A DNA stretch of 64,000 nucleotides from Octopus bimaculoides (taxonomy: Eukaryota): assembly GCF_001194135.2 (NCBI RefSeq), contig NC_068983.1, positions 152,339,496-152,403,495 of the forward strand, written 5' to 3'. Positions 24,714 to 37,199 of this stretch are shown here, one piece after another; the first letter of the stretch is position 1, and every line of letters begins with the position of its first letter. The notes under the pieces were generated by a model that made no database searches, was not told the origin of the DNA, and worked only from the letters and a program-made list of their open reading frames with translations. The position numbers were made by a program, and so were the translations under genes.

Positions 24714-25322
24714 CTGCAGACGCTCCAGTAAATAGTTCAGGTCTAAAACATCTGTATAGAAGTCAAGATTAAAGGCAAGTTTACCATACTTTTGAATGAG
24801 ATCAGCTTTTGAGAGGACGTTCACATGAGGGAGACTAACTTGGAGCATTGTGATTAAAGAGGTGAGTAAAACTGAAATGAATTTGCCTGTATCACTGCAG
24901 TAGTGTGCATCTACTAAATGTACAGCTACAAGTCTATAGTCAAGTTTCTGTAAGGCCTCAACAATGTTGTGGACAGCATTGTGGTGAGTGTAGAGTTCAA
25001 CTTGTCCAGGACAATCAAACATAATGTAGTGGTCTTTGGGGATGAGTTTTAGTTTATGAACCAGCCAATCTAGATTTTTATCAAGGTACTCCATGCAATA
25101 TATGAGTCCTCCATTTGGGCCGAGCTTCAGATTCTCCATGACTTCCTCGAGAGTAATCAGTTCTGAGATATTGATGTCTGGTGTGTAAGGAATGCAGTCG
25201 TTGGCAGGATCAAGGTTTACGATTGACACCTTCCGTCCCAAATTTCGCATGAATTCACTCATTCCACGGCAGTAGGTAGTTTTGCCAGAACCAGGTGGTC
25301 CAATAACTAGCTGGGCAAACAT
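24714..25322 (-). CDS. GPN2: GPN-loop GTPase 2, major coding exon (203 codons; gene incomplete at the 3' end)
   Basis: [18 protein letters not shown] (P-loop), NLDPAND, LGPNGGL (GPN loop), [13 protein letters not shown] (G3), VLSKAD (G4), [28 protein letters not shown] fit GPN2 rather than GPN1 or GPN3. Acceptor TAG at 25341-25339, donor CAG|GTAAGT at 24713. Confidence 0.95.
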
Positions 25323-25559
25323 TGTAGTAGTCAGATATCTATAGTTAAAAATCATAATAAAATAAATAAAAAAACAAATTACACAAAGGCAACAGAATTA
25401 CAAATAACAAAGTCTAACTACTAAAGAAAAGAAAAGAAAACACAGATTAATTATCATATGCATATGTTTTTACATATACAAGGCAGAATTTAAACACTAT
25501 TATACTATTGTTTAAATGCTTTCATTATTTAATTCTTTTGTTGTTGTTTTTTTTTTTTT

Positions 25560-25735
25560 GCGGCACGTAAAAGCACTCTCTGAGTGGTTGGCGTTAGGAA
25601 GGGCATACAGCTGTAGAAACTCTGCCAAATCAGATTGGAGCCTGGTGTAGCCATCTGGTTTCACCAGTCCTCAGTCAAATCGTCCAACCCATGCTAGCAT
25701 GGAAAGCGGACGTTAAACGACGACGACGATGTACA
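25560..25735 (+). mobile_element. Young family D element 3' end
   Basis: caaatcagattggagcctggtgtagccatctgg...gcatggaaagcggacgttaaacga(cga)n, almost identical to 23425-23540. Confidence 0.8.
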
Positions 25736-25779
25736 CACACATATCATCATCAGTATTCTTACATTTGGTTTCTCCATAC

Positions 25780-26460
25780 TATAATGACCACAACAGAGAG
25801 AGTTCTGGGTAGCGAATAAAGAAGAGCTAACCAACCTTGGATATCTGAAGAGACTCTAGAACTGGTAGATCAAAGAAGGGAACTTAAGATGAAGTGATCA
25901 GCCATAGAGGATGGAGAATAAAGATATCAAGAGATCAAAAGAGCAGTGAGAAGAGAAGTGAGAAGGGACAAAAACCAGATGAATGGAAGATGTATGTGCT
26001 GAGGTTCAAGATGAATTAAACAAGAATAACATGAGGAAGGCATACAACATTACCAAAGCACTAAAGAAAGGATTCCAGCCAGAAATATAGAAACAAAGAC
26101 TTAAAGGACAGAGTGCTTGATGATCTACAAAATATTCTCAAAAGGTGGAAAGAATATGGAGAAAGAGTACATCAGGACAATATTTCACAATCAGCAGACA
26201 TCAGTTAGGATGATCTGACTTCCCAGCACTAATTGAGTCAGAAGAAAGAGATAGTGACTTCCACAAAAAGCTGATGGAATTGATGGTCTACCTGCAGAAC
26301 TGTTAATAACAAAATTCTGATGATCAGAATGTTATACAGACTCTGCGTTGCACTTTCCTTGACACTGGTGAATGGCCACCAGGCTAGATCAGATCAGTAA
26401 TCAATTCCAAAAAAACAATAACAGTAGAAGATACAGTACATAGAATCCATCCTGCTCAGC
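25780..26460 (+). mobile_element. Highly degraded RTE/BovB-like LINE ORF fragment
   Basis: Broken frames resembling WISEETLELVDQRRELK, ..LKRWKEY and KADGIDGLPAELL, a LINE segment between endonuclease and RT. Confidence 0.4.
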
Positions 26461-27254
26461 TAACAACAATCACTTCGTATATGGCCAGCAGAAGGAAAGA
26501 TATTATTTTTTAAAGACTAACACGGTAAGGTGTGATTTAAGTTGAATCCCGCAGCTATTTCTAACAATTCTGACTATAAAATTTCCCTCATCGGTAAGCA
26601 TTTGTTGAACCGAGTTGGGAATGAGATGTAACTTCCAACTGCTTGTTTCCTAGACAATCAAGCCGAGACCATCACATCTATTTTTCAGGCAGTGTACCGA
26701 TAACAAGATTTTTTTTCAGACAAGTAGTTTTCTTTTTTAAGGCAATAGATATGAAAGAAATTTGACTGCCAGTTCTAGTAGGTCGAACAACCATGTAGAT
26801 ACTCTCGTCGATTTGCAGCGGCATACTTGCCATGACAACGATGACTTTCAAAATTAACACTTTGTCACAAAGCTTGATAAATTCTAGTACATGGCTTGGA
26901 TATTAACGGATATTGCGAGAACGAAAAGCAAAATCAATACGGATAGGAACAAAATGAAACACCTCTATGTTATTTAGTCTGGCGTTCCACCACTCTCCTC
27001 CCAATAGTTTCAACACCGAAGTTTACCACAGAAGATGCTTTATAATCCAGTAGTTTGGATTTAGTATACACAACTTAAATATTTTGTACTTATGTGTTGT
27101 CGTAAATCTGACAAATTATAATTATAAATCATCAACAACGGCTAAACAGCTGATAGCGATAAACAATATAATACTATAGTGTGAAACAGAACTATAGATC
27201 CAGTTATATTATGTCAATGTTTAAATTTCAAACAAATAAAATAATTTAACTTAC

Positions 27255-27310
27255 TACGCGAATTTATAAACATGCACGCTTCAGGAAGTCGCCATCTTCG
27301 AAGTATAAAA
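27255..27310 (-). promoter_or_regulatory. Probable GPN2 promoter / non-coding exon 1 with adjacent YY1 and ETS motifs
   Basis: Minus strand AAGATGGCG (YY1-type, 27298-27290) abuts ACTTCCTG (ETS, 27289-27282); donor |GTAAGT at 27254; could splice to the acceptor at 25338. Confidence 0.5.
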
Positions 27311-27769
27311 ACAAACTCGCATGAAAGATAACTCTTTGATAATCTTATGTAGTTACTTCCCTTGAAAATTTTTTTTTCTTTTTAAACCGATTTCTGATAG
27401 GTCTTTAAAATTTGTTAAAAACACAATGAAATAATAGAAGCTGGAGTATAATTGATAAAAGCCAAATGAGTAAACTTCAATGTTGCTACTTGTCCTGCGC
27501 AAACCAAATGTAGACCGAGTTAAATTTGCCTCGGTCTACACTCTATCGTCATAAAATGAAAGGAAGTACACATTGTGTAATGCAACCCTAGATACACTAT
27601 ATATAAAAATAAACAAGATGGTCACATCTGGAGTACATATTTTCTTCATATACATGCTCGATGTCTATTGGCTTGAGGCCTCCCCCACCCCAAGAAAACA
27701 AACGAAAAAACTGCTGTTTTGAGAAGAGCAAATTGAAACAAAGATAATATGTATAGGTATGGCATAAGA

Positions 27770-28097
27770 TCACTGGTACTCCGTCTGTTACGACGATGAG
27801 TGTTCCAGTTGATCCGATCAACAGAACAGTCTGGCCGTGAAATTACCGTGCAAATAGCTGAACACTCCACAGGCACGTGCACCGGTAACGTAGTTCGCAG
27901 GGATATTCCACCTGACACAGAATATGACAAGACCGGCCCTTTCAAATTCGGGTACTACTTACTATTGCCAGCTGAGTGAACTGGAGCAATGTGAAATAAA
28001 GTGTCTTGCTCAAGGGCACAACGCGTCACCGGAAATTGAACTCATGACCTTATGATCGTGAGCCGGATATCCTAACCACTAAGCCATGTGCCTTCAT
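27770..28097 (-). mobile_element. Near full-length tRNA-derived SINE (family C)
   Basis: A box TGGCTTAGTGG and B-box-like GAGTTCAATTTCC on the minus strand; body as 2576-2720. Confidence 0.85.
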
Positions 28098-28227
28098 ATG
28101 TGATAAGGTTAATCGAGAAATAACTATTCAGGTTGGCTCCTCTTCAAGAATCCTATTTATTAATAATCTGGTAATGTCAGGTTCAGCTTCTTTCACGACA
28201 AAACGTAGTTATTTCCAACCATATTCA

Positions 28228-28725
28228 TCATGTGGTAAGTAGCTTGCTTACCAACCACATGGTCCCGGGTTCAGTCCCACTGTGTGACACCTTAGGCAAG
28301 TATCTTCTACTATAGCCTCGGGCCGACCAAAGCCTTGTGAGTGGATTTGGTAGACGGAAACTGAAAGAAGCCCGTCGTATATATATATATATATATATAT
28401 NNNNNNNNNNNNNNNNNNNNNNNNNNNNNNNNNNNNNNNNNNNNNNNNNNNNNNNNNNNNNNNNNNNNNNNNNNNNNNNNNNNNNNNNNNNNNNNNNNNN
28501 NNNNNNNNNNNNNNNNNNNNNNNNNNNNNNNNNNNNNNNCATCGCTTGACAGTCGATGCTGGTGTGTTTACGTCCCCGTAACTTATTGGTTCGGCAAAAA
28601 GAGACCGATAGAATAAGTACTAAGCTTACAAAGAATAAGTCCTGGGGTCGATCTTCTCGACTAAAGGCCGTGCTCCAGCATGGCCGCAGTCAAATGACTG
28701 AAACAAGTAAAAGAGTAAAAGAGTA
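28228..28725 (+). mobile_element. tRNA-derived SINE (family B) with a central microsatellite
   Basis: gtggtaagtagcttgcttaccaaccacatggtcccgggttcagtcccactg head, (TA)n middle, tgactgaaacaagtaaaagagtaaaagag tail. Other copies at 5480-5670, 6820-7020, 13195-13360, 16170-16395, 33590-33740, 34063-34230, 39405-39732, 42670-43300. Confidence 0.9.
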
Positions 28726-29463
28726 ATTCGGTTGATCACCTTCCATTAACAACAATAGATTAATCCGAACTGAATGATAATTTAATTCAGAGTAAAATTG
28801 AGCAACATACTTCAAAGCATTCACACCGGCGCTATCCTCTTCATGCCATCTCAGTGAGAATCAATAATGAACATAGGTGGATACATCTCAGCGGCCGGAT
28901 CTTCATAGCCAAGGCACCTAAAATAACTAGAATCAATAAGTCAATCTCTCAAAGACGACAAATGATGAGGCGAGATGGTGGTAGGGAGATATAACAGCCA
29001 CTGTATTATTTAACCGTTTGCAATATGCCACTAAGTATTTTGGCTCGGCGTGCTAACGATTCTACCAGCTCACCGCCTTAATAATAATCTTGTATAGGTA
29101 CAAGGCCTGAAATTTTTTAGTGGGGTGGGTTAGTCGATTACATCTACCCCAATGTTTCACCAATACTTAATTCATCGAGTGAAGTTGAACTCAAGACGTA
29201 AAGATGGACGAAATGCCGCTATGCATTTTGGCCGGCGCACTATCGATTCTGCCAGCACGCTGCTTAAATAATAATAATAATAACAATATTTCTTTCTACT
29301 AGAAGCACAAGGCTTCAGATTTGGTGGAAAAATTGGGGTTAAGTCGATTACACCGAATCCATTGCGTAACCTCGAAAGAAATTTGAACTCAGAACATGCA
29401 GGCAGACGAAGTGCCGCTAAACATTTCACCTGATGTGCTAACGATTCTGCCAACTCACCACCT

Positions 29464-29509
<46 letters not shown>

Positions 29510-29535
29510 GAAGAAGAAGAAGAAGAAGAAGAAGA

Positions 29536-30510
29536 AATCCAAACTAAAACTAGAACAGCAATGGACCATGATAAAACGATGGCAAGAAAAGCCCCTACAT
29601 GGTAAATACTGGGCTAAACTAAATGCGAAAGAAATAGACAGAGAAAAATCCCAGCAATGGCTGAGAAGCTCAGGACTCAAAGCAGAGACTGAAGGATTNN
29701 NNNNNNNNNNNNNNNNNNNNNNNNNNNNNNNNNNNNNNNNNNNNNNNNNNNNNNNNNNNNNNNNNNNNNNNNNNNNNNNNNNNNNNNNNNNNNNNNNNNN
29801 NNNNNNNNNNNNNNNNNNNNNNNNNNNNNNNNNNNNNNNNNNNNNNNNNNNNNNNNNNNNNNNNNNNNNNNNNNNNNNNNNNNNNNNNNNNNNNNNNNNN
29901 NNNNNNNNNNNNNNNNNNNNNNNNNNNNNNNNNNNNNNNNNNNNNNNNNNNNNNNNNNNNNNNNNNNNNNNNNNNNNNNNNNNNNNNNNNNNNNNNNNNN
30001 NNNNNNNNNNNNNNNNNNNNNNNNNNNNNNNNNNNNNNNNNNNNNNNNNNNNNNNNNNNNNNNNNNNNNNNNNNNNNNNNNNNNNNNNNNNNNNNNNNNN
30101 NNNNNNNNNNNNNNNNNNNNNNNNNNNNNNNNNNNNNNNNNNNNNNNNNNNNNNNNNNNNNNNNNNNNNNNNNNNNNNNNNNNAATGGAAAAACTTTCAA
30201 AATACAAAGACCTGGAAATAGAGATAACTCGAATGTGGAGTCTAAAAACAGAAACAATTCCTATCATAGTAGGTGCCTTAGGTATAATAAAAAAATATTC
30301 AGACAAATACATAACAAAAACACCAGGACTTACAAATATATATAACATACAGAAAATTGCACTACTGGGTACTGCACACATTCTACGCAAAACACTTTCA
30401 ATACAGTAAACATAAGAGCACCACAGCAAATCACAGCACATACCCAAGGCGCACAGAGCTGCGCTCGGTAGTGAAGTGAAAGCACGTTATAAAAATAAAA
30501 CTACTGAACA
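29536..30510 (+). mobile_element. 5'-truncated R4/Dong-clade non-LTR retrotransposon inserted in (TAA)n
   Basis: WQEKPLHGKYW..IDREKSQQWLRSSGLKAETEG and RLE-type EKLSKYKDLEIEITRMW..TIPIIVGALG..TAHILRKTLS*, with no stops in the sequenced parts; (TAA)n on both sides. Confidence 0.85.
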
Positions 30511-30802
30511 ATAATAATAATAATAATCTTAGTCGATATCATCAACCCTAGTGCGTGACTGGTACTTATTTCAGCAACCACGAAAGGACGAAAGGCAGAG
30601 TCGACTACGGCGGAAATAATAATATTAATGATAATAATAATTTTGCACAATGCCAGCAATTTTAAAGCGAGAAGCGCTGTTTGGTAACATCGACCTTGTA
30701 TTTTACTGGTACTTTATTTTACCAACGCGAAGAAATGAAAAGCAAAGCTGATCTCCACGGAATTTGAACTTATAAAACACGAGGAGAAGTGATAGTAATT
30801 TA

Positions 30803-31058
30803 CAGTTCTATATTTAAGAGATGAGGAATTATTTACATTATTTACATTATTTACATTTGACGGATATTTGTCCTCATCTTGTTTGTTGTTAACACAACGT
30901 TTCGGCTGATATACCCTCCAGCCTTCGTCAGGTGTCTTGGGGAAATTTCGAACCTGGGTTCTCATTCCTAATGATGTTACTATTATTATATTATTATTAT
31001 TACTATTATTAATCAGATCGCTGCCGTGAATCGAACTCGGAACCTTGGGGTTAGTAGC
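30803..31058 (-). mobile_element. Family E element: tRNA head, (AAT)n, intact hammerhead, PLE-like tail
   Basis: B box GAGTTCGATTC next to the gap; homologous to 12787-13021; 3' end has (ATGTAAATA)3 enclosed by a 9-bp inverted repeat AGATGAGGA/TCCTCATCT. Confidence 0.8.
30891..30936 (-). ncRNA. Minimal type I hammerhead ribozyme, all core nucleotides present
   Basis: GACAC-CTGACGA-A-GGCTG-GAGGGTATAT-CAGCC-GAA-ACGT-T-GTGTT: 5-bp helix I (one G.U), 5-bp helix II, palindromic ACGT helix III, GUU site (cut predicted between 30896 and 30895). Confidence 0.75.
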
Positions 31059-32097
31059 NNNNNNNNNNNNNNNNNNNNNNNNNNNNNNNNNNNNNNNNNN
31101 NNNNNNNNNNNNNNNNNNNNNNNNNNNNNNNNNNNNNNNNNNNNNNNNNNNNNNNNNNNNNNNNNNNNNNNNNNNNNNNNNNNNNNNNNNNNNNNNNNNN
31201 NNNNNNNNNNNNNNNNNNNNNNNNNNNNNNNNNNNNNNNNNNNNNNNNNNNNNNNNNNNNNNNNNNNNNNNNNNNNNNNNNNNNNNNNNNNNNNNNNNNN
31301 NNNNNNNNNNNNNNNNNNNNNNNNNNNNNNNNNNNNNNNNNNNNNNNNNNNNNNNNNNNNNNNNNNNNNNNNNNNNNNNNNNNNNNNNNNNNNNNNNNNN
31401 NNNNNNNNNNNNNNNNNNNNNNNNNNNNNNNNNNNNNNNNNNNNNNNNNNNNNNNNNNNNNNNNNNNNNNNNNNNNNNNNNNNNNNNNNNNNNNNCTTAG
31501 TGTGACAAGGCTGGCCCTTTGAAATACTGGTACAACAGAAGAAAGAGTGGGAGAAAGTTGTGGTGAAAAAGTACAGCAGGGTTCGCCACCATCGCCTGCC
31601 GGAGCCTCGTGGAGCTTTGGGTGTTTTCACTCAATAAACACTCACAGCGCCCGGTCTGGGAATCGAAACCGCGATCCTATGACTGCGAGTCCTCTACCCT
31701 AACCACTGGGCCATTGCTCCTCCACACAAATATATTTGGCTTTATCAATATTCATCATAAACGTCGTACTGCTGTTTTGTCAAGGGAGCTAATTCTTCCA
31801 TCAATTATTTCCCTTGCATATAGCGATTTTCTTTTTCTTTTCTACACCATCCATGTATTATTTATTTATTTATTTATTTTTGATTTCACACATTGGGCTA
31901 CAGCCATGCTGGGGTACTGCTTCGAATGCCTTAGTAGAAAAAATTGACCCCAGTACTTATTTCTTTAAGCCTGTACCTTATTCTCTCGGACACTTTTTAC
32001 AGAACCGCTACTTTACCGGGTCGTAAATAAATCAACACCAGCTGTCAAGTTATGGTGGGGCTTATGCACAGACATAATGACAAACTACTCATGCACA

Positions 32098-32131
<34 letters not shown>

Positions 32132-32484
32132 CATACCTACATACATGCATACACACACAAAAAAAAAAATTATACAGGAAGATGGGATAACCAAGCTTTA
32201 ATTACAAATTACAACATTTGTTTCTGTGCAGTGGTACCAGCTGCAAGTTGCTGAGTGTTCATTTTCATACCATTACATGAAATTATTTTATTAGCAATTA
32301 CATAAATAAACAACAAACCGCAGCACCTGTGCTCCTACAGTCCATCAGATCTATACACTAACAGAATTCAACGTGTTTATCCAGCTCAAGGAATAACGTT
32401 ACTGTATGAAGGCATATGGTAGCCGATAGCAGTATAGGAGCTTTTAAATGCAGCTTATGAAGTTATTAACCGTATAATATTGAA

Positions 32485-32527
<43 letters not shown>

Positions 32528-32534
32528 GTGTGTG

Positions 32535-32602
<68 letters not shown>

Positions 32603-34240
32603 CATGCACACACACGCATGGCTCAGTGGTTAGATCATCGAGCTTACGATCATGAGGTTGTGAGTTCGATTCGCGGACCGGGCTGGCTATTGTGTTCTTG
32701 AGCAAGACACTTTATTTCACGTTGCTCCAGTTAACTCAACTGTAGAAATGAGTTCCGACATCACTGGTGTCAAGCTGTATCAACCTTTGCCTTCCCCTCN
32801 NNNNNNNNNNNNNNNNNNNNNNNNNNNNNNNNNNNNNNNNNNNNNNNNNNNNNNNNNNNNNNNNNNNNNNNNNNNNNNNNNNNNNNNNNNNNNNNNNNNN
32901 NNNNNNNNNNNNNNNNNNNNNNNNNNNNNNNNNNNNNNNNNNNNNNNNNNNNNNNNNNNNNNNNNNNNNNNNNNNNNNNNNNNNNNNNNNNNNNNNNNNN
33001 NNNNNNNNNNNNNNNNNNNNNNNNNNNNNNNNNNNNNNNNNNNNNNNNNNNNNNNNNNNNNNNNNNNNNNNNNNNNNNNNNNNNNNNNNNNNNNNNNNNN
33101 NNNNNNNNNNNNNNNNNNNNNNNNNNNNNNNNNNNNNNNNNNNNNNNNNNNNNNNNNNNNNNNNNNNNNNNNNNNNNNNNNNNNNNNNNNNNNNNNNNNN
33201 NNNNNNNNNNNNNNNNNNNNNNNNNNNNNNNNNNNNNNNNNNNNNNNNNNNNNNNNNNNNNNNNNNNNNNNNNNNNNNNNNNNNNNNNNNNNNNNNNNNN
33301 NNNNNNNNNNNNNNNNNNNNNNNNNNNNNNNNNNNNNNNNNNNNNNNNNNNNNNNNNNNNNCATACCCAACTAGTTTCAACAATTTTTTTGTTTATCAAT
33401 GGTACAACTGTATATAAAACAAAGGTATTCTAACAGAGCTTAAAATTACGATAGAATTTTCACATGAAATTAAATGAGAGGGATTGATGATATCAAAGTA
33501 AATGTTCGGTGAAAGAATATAATAAATGTACATTACTAAAAGTTCGGGTATACCGTGTTTTTATAGAATATGTGGACACACATACATATGTATATGATGA
33601 GCTCCTTTCTGTTTCCGCCGATTAAAGCTACTCACACCACTTTGCTCAGCCCCGAAGCCATAGTGGAAGACACGTCTGCAAAGTTCCAATCAGTGGGACT
33701 GAACCCGGAGACGTGGTTAGAAAGCAAACTACTTACCCCTCGGTCAAGCGATCAAAACACCAAAATATAAAACTATATGATTTTCCTATTGTCTTTTCCA
33801 TTTTGTAACTTCAAGCCATACCATAACTGCGTGTTATTGTAATAGTATCAGGAACGATGATTTAAGTACAATATCTTATTTTTGTGGAATGTGTAAAAGT
33901 GATGACTTACATTCGTTTCCAGTTAATAGCAACGGCAGGAAACAAATTTAAAGGGTTACACGAGTTGGAACCAGTGGAGAGGTCTTCTTTAACATAATGA
34001 TTTAAAGAGTAATTGAGAATATACAAAATAATCTGTCTGAGTACTGTTGTTATGTACTGTAGTAAGCGTGGTTGTACAGGTAAGAAGCTTACTTACCAAC
34101 AATGTGATTTTGTGTTCAGTCCCATTGCGCGGCATCTTAGGCAAGTCCTTCCTACTGTAGCTGTAGGCTGACCAAAGCCTTGTGAGTGAATGTAGTAGAG
34201 GGAATGTAGTGTGTGCGTGTGAGAGTATTTGTGTGAATGA

Positions 34241-34276
<36 letters not shown>

Positions 34277-35317
34277 ATGTGTGTTATTTCTTTACTACCC
34301 ACAAGGGGCTAAACACAGAGGGGACAAACAAGGACATGGAAACAGATTAAGTCGATTATATCGACCCCACTGGTCAATATAACTGGTACTTATTTAATCG
34401 GCCCCAAAACGATGACAGGCAAAGTCGACCTCGGCGGAATTTGAACTCAGAACGTACCGGCAGGCGAAATACGGTTAAGCATTTCGCTCGGCGTGCTAAC
34501 GTTTTTGCCAGCTCGCCATCTTGCTGTGTATGTGTGTGTCATAGTTGGTGGTGATAACTGTGTTTTTGTTGTTGCTCTTTCCCATAATATGTCATATAAA
34601 AATGCTCTGGATGGTTTTTTTGTTTTCTTTTGAAGCAATTTCTCCTCATTTTTGCTTTTTTTTACAATAATTGCCACCGCGTTTTTAATTTCCTTCTCTT
34701 CTTTACACTTGTGAACAGCGGTGTTTTGTTCATTGCTTTCTTGGGGACGGGATTGGCTATTTTATTATGAGCAGCTATAAGGCAGTGAGCTGGCAAAATT
34801 GTTAGCACGTCGGATAAAATGCCTGATGGCATTTCTCCCCGCTCTTGACATCCTGAGTCCAATTTCCGCCAAGGTCGACGTTGCCTTCTATCACTTTGGA
34901 GTCGATAAAATGAGTCCCAGTTGAGTACAGGGGTCAAGGTAACTGAATAAACCGACCCCTAAAATTGCTGGCCTTGTACTAAAATTTGAACCCATTATGT
35001 GCAGCCATGTTTACAAAAGTGACAAGAGGAAAAGCAAAAGAGAATACTTATAAATACATAACATAGCAGTCTGCCATAAAATGTGACAAACTCCACCTTC
35101 TTGGGAAGTCCTTTCGTTGTGGAATAATCCAAACGCTGAAATAGAAAAATGACTTTTTTAAAATTTGGTAAGACAGCAAATCTTCGGAACGAGCGAAAAC
35201 ACTTCTTGACAGAGAGACAAACAAACACTAAGTAAAAAATTATAAAAACACACTAAATAAATAAATATAGAATAAAAAAGGGAAAATGAAAATAACGGAT
35301 AAAAACATTAAACACTA

Positions 35318-35879
35318 CAGGGTGTTCACAAATTCTGGGTACATGGACTTATTTAAACATGTTGAGAGACAAATTAATACCTCAAATTGAGCGCCTAGAC
35401 GGNNNNNNNNNNNNNNNNNNNNNNNNNNNNNNNNNNNNNNNNNNNNNNNNNNNNNNNNNNNNNNNNNNNNNNNNNNNNNNNNNNNNNNNNNNNNNNNNNN
35501 NNNNNNNNNNNNNNNNNNNNNNNNNNNNNNNNNNNNNNNNNNNNNNNNNNNNNNNNNTGGAATGGTCCCCTCGTTCAGCAGACCTTTCTCCCCTTGACTT
35601 CTTTTTCTGGGGTATGTTGAAAGAGAAAGTTTACTCAATAAAGATTACAGATTTAAACCACATGAGAGAACGCATTACCAGTCAGTGTGCTGAAATTGAT
35701 GGCAATGTAGACTTATTTAATCAAGTTCACCTGAATTTTGCAGGGCGCATCAAGTTATGCATTGAAAATGATGGAAATCATTTTGAAAATATTATTTATT
35801 AACATTATAATTAAATAAAATTGTTTTGTTTTAAAAATATGTGTTAATCCTCATGTACCCAGACTTTGTGGACACCCTG
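35318..35879 (+). mobile_element. Internally deleted Tc1/mariner (maT/DD37D-like) element
   Basis: TIRs CAGGGTGT(T/C)CACAAA(T/G)TCTGGGTACATG, TA TSDs at 35316 and 35880; WSPRSADLSPLDFFFWGMLKEKVY transposase motif. Confidence 0.9.
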
Positions 35880-36161
35880 TATAGTTATATTTATTTTGGG
35901 CATAAGGTAAGAATTTTTTTCTGGGCGCTAAGCTGCCGATTAAACTAATCCAAAACTTGACTGGTATTTTATTTCATCAACACCGAAAGGATAACAGGTA
36001 AAGTTTATGTTTGTGAGATTTGAACTCAGAACGTAAAGAGTTGGACCGCATAACGCAAGACATATTTCTGCTTGTCTGACTCTAGCGATTCTGTCAGTTC
36101 ATTACTCTACATACTAAACAACAACAACTACAACAACTACAGCAGCAGCACAGCAACAATA

Positions 36162-36232
<71 letters not shown>

Positions 36233-37199
36233 CACTATTACTACTACTACTACTACTACTACTAGTATTACTAAAAAATAATGATGGTTTCAAATTTTGG
36301 CACTAGACCAGTCGTTGTAGAAGGAGGGAGTAAATCGATTGCATCGACCCCAGCACAAAACTACTACTTGTCTTACTGACCCCAAAAGGATGAATGGAAA
36401 AATCGATCTCAGCTGAATGTGAGTTGAGATCATGAAATGTCGGAAGAAAAGCGTCTAAGCATTTTGTTCGACGCATTACCGATTCTGCCAGCTCGTAAGC
36501 GAGAGGTTAAAGGAACATGGAAAGTATAAAACAAAGTACAGTGTTCTAAATAGAAATTGGATGAAGGAAGTCATTCTGAAAACCATGGGGATGTATCGTC
36601 TCCCAAATTATCCTCCAAGACTGCGGGCGCATGTTCTGGACAGGCTCCTTCACTCGTGTTATGTCCCTCTCTGATATCTTTTAAAAATTTGACTGGAGCT
36701 GCTTACCTTCCTTTCTCTAACCTTAACTTCATCCCCGAGAAGAAAATGGAAAACAAATGTAGCTGAAGACTTGACTGAAAACGAAAGTTTTTGACTTCGT
36801 TACTTTCAGTGACATACATCGCAAAACTTCTTTCACTTTTGCCATAGATCGGNNNNNNNNNNTGACCGGAAGGTAAGAATTTTTATCTGGGCGCTAAGCT
36901 GTCGATTAAGCTAATCCCATACTTGACTGGTATTTTATTTCATCAACACCGAAAGGATAACAGGTAAAGTTTATGTTTGTGAGATTTGAACTCAGAACGT
37001 AAAGAGTTGGACCGCAGAGTTACCCGTTTACAGCCGAGCGGATTGGAGCAACGTGAAGCGAAGTGTTTTGCTCAAGAACACAACGCACCGCCCGCTCTGG
37101 GAATCGAAACCACGATCTAATGATCGTGAGTACAACACGCCCAACTGAACGTTTTTTTTTTCGTTTTGCGCGTACCTACAGAGTATATATAAAACCAGT

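Noticed and set aside
28790-28993. Open 67-codon frame with faint GIY-YIG-like words (ISVRINNEHR)
   Set aside because: No start codon, no recognisable catalytic motif, no supporting flanks.
31726-31830. Minus-strand DKTAVRRL/MMNIDKAKYI, reminiscent of the GPN2 C-terminal DKES..IDKANGY
   Set aside because: Needs a frameshift, similarity is short, and it lies upstream of the main exon (wrong order).
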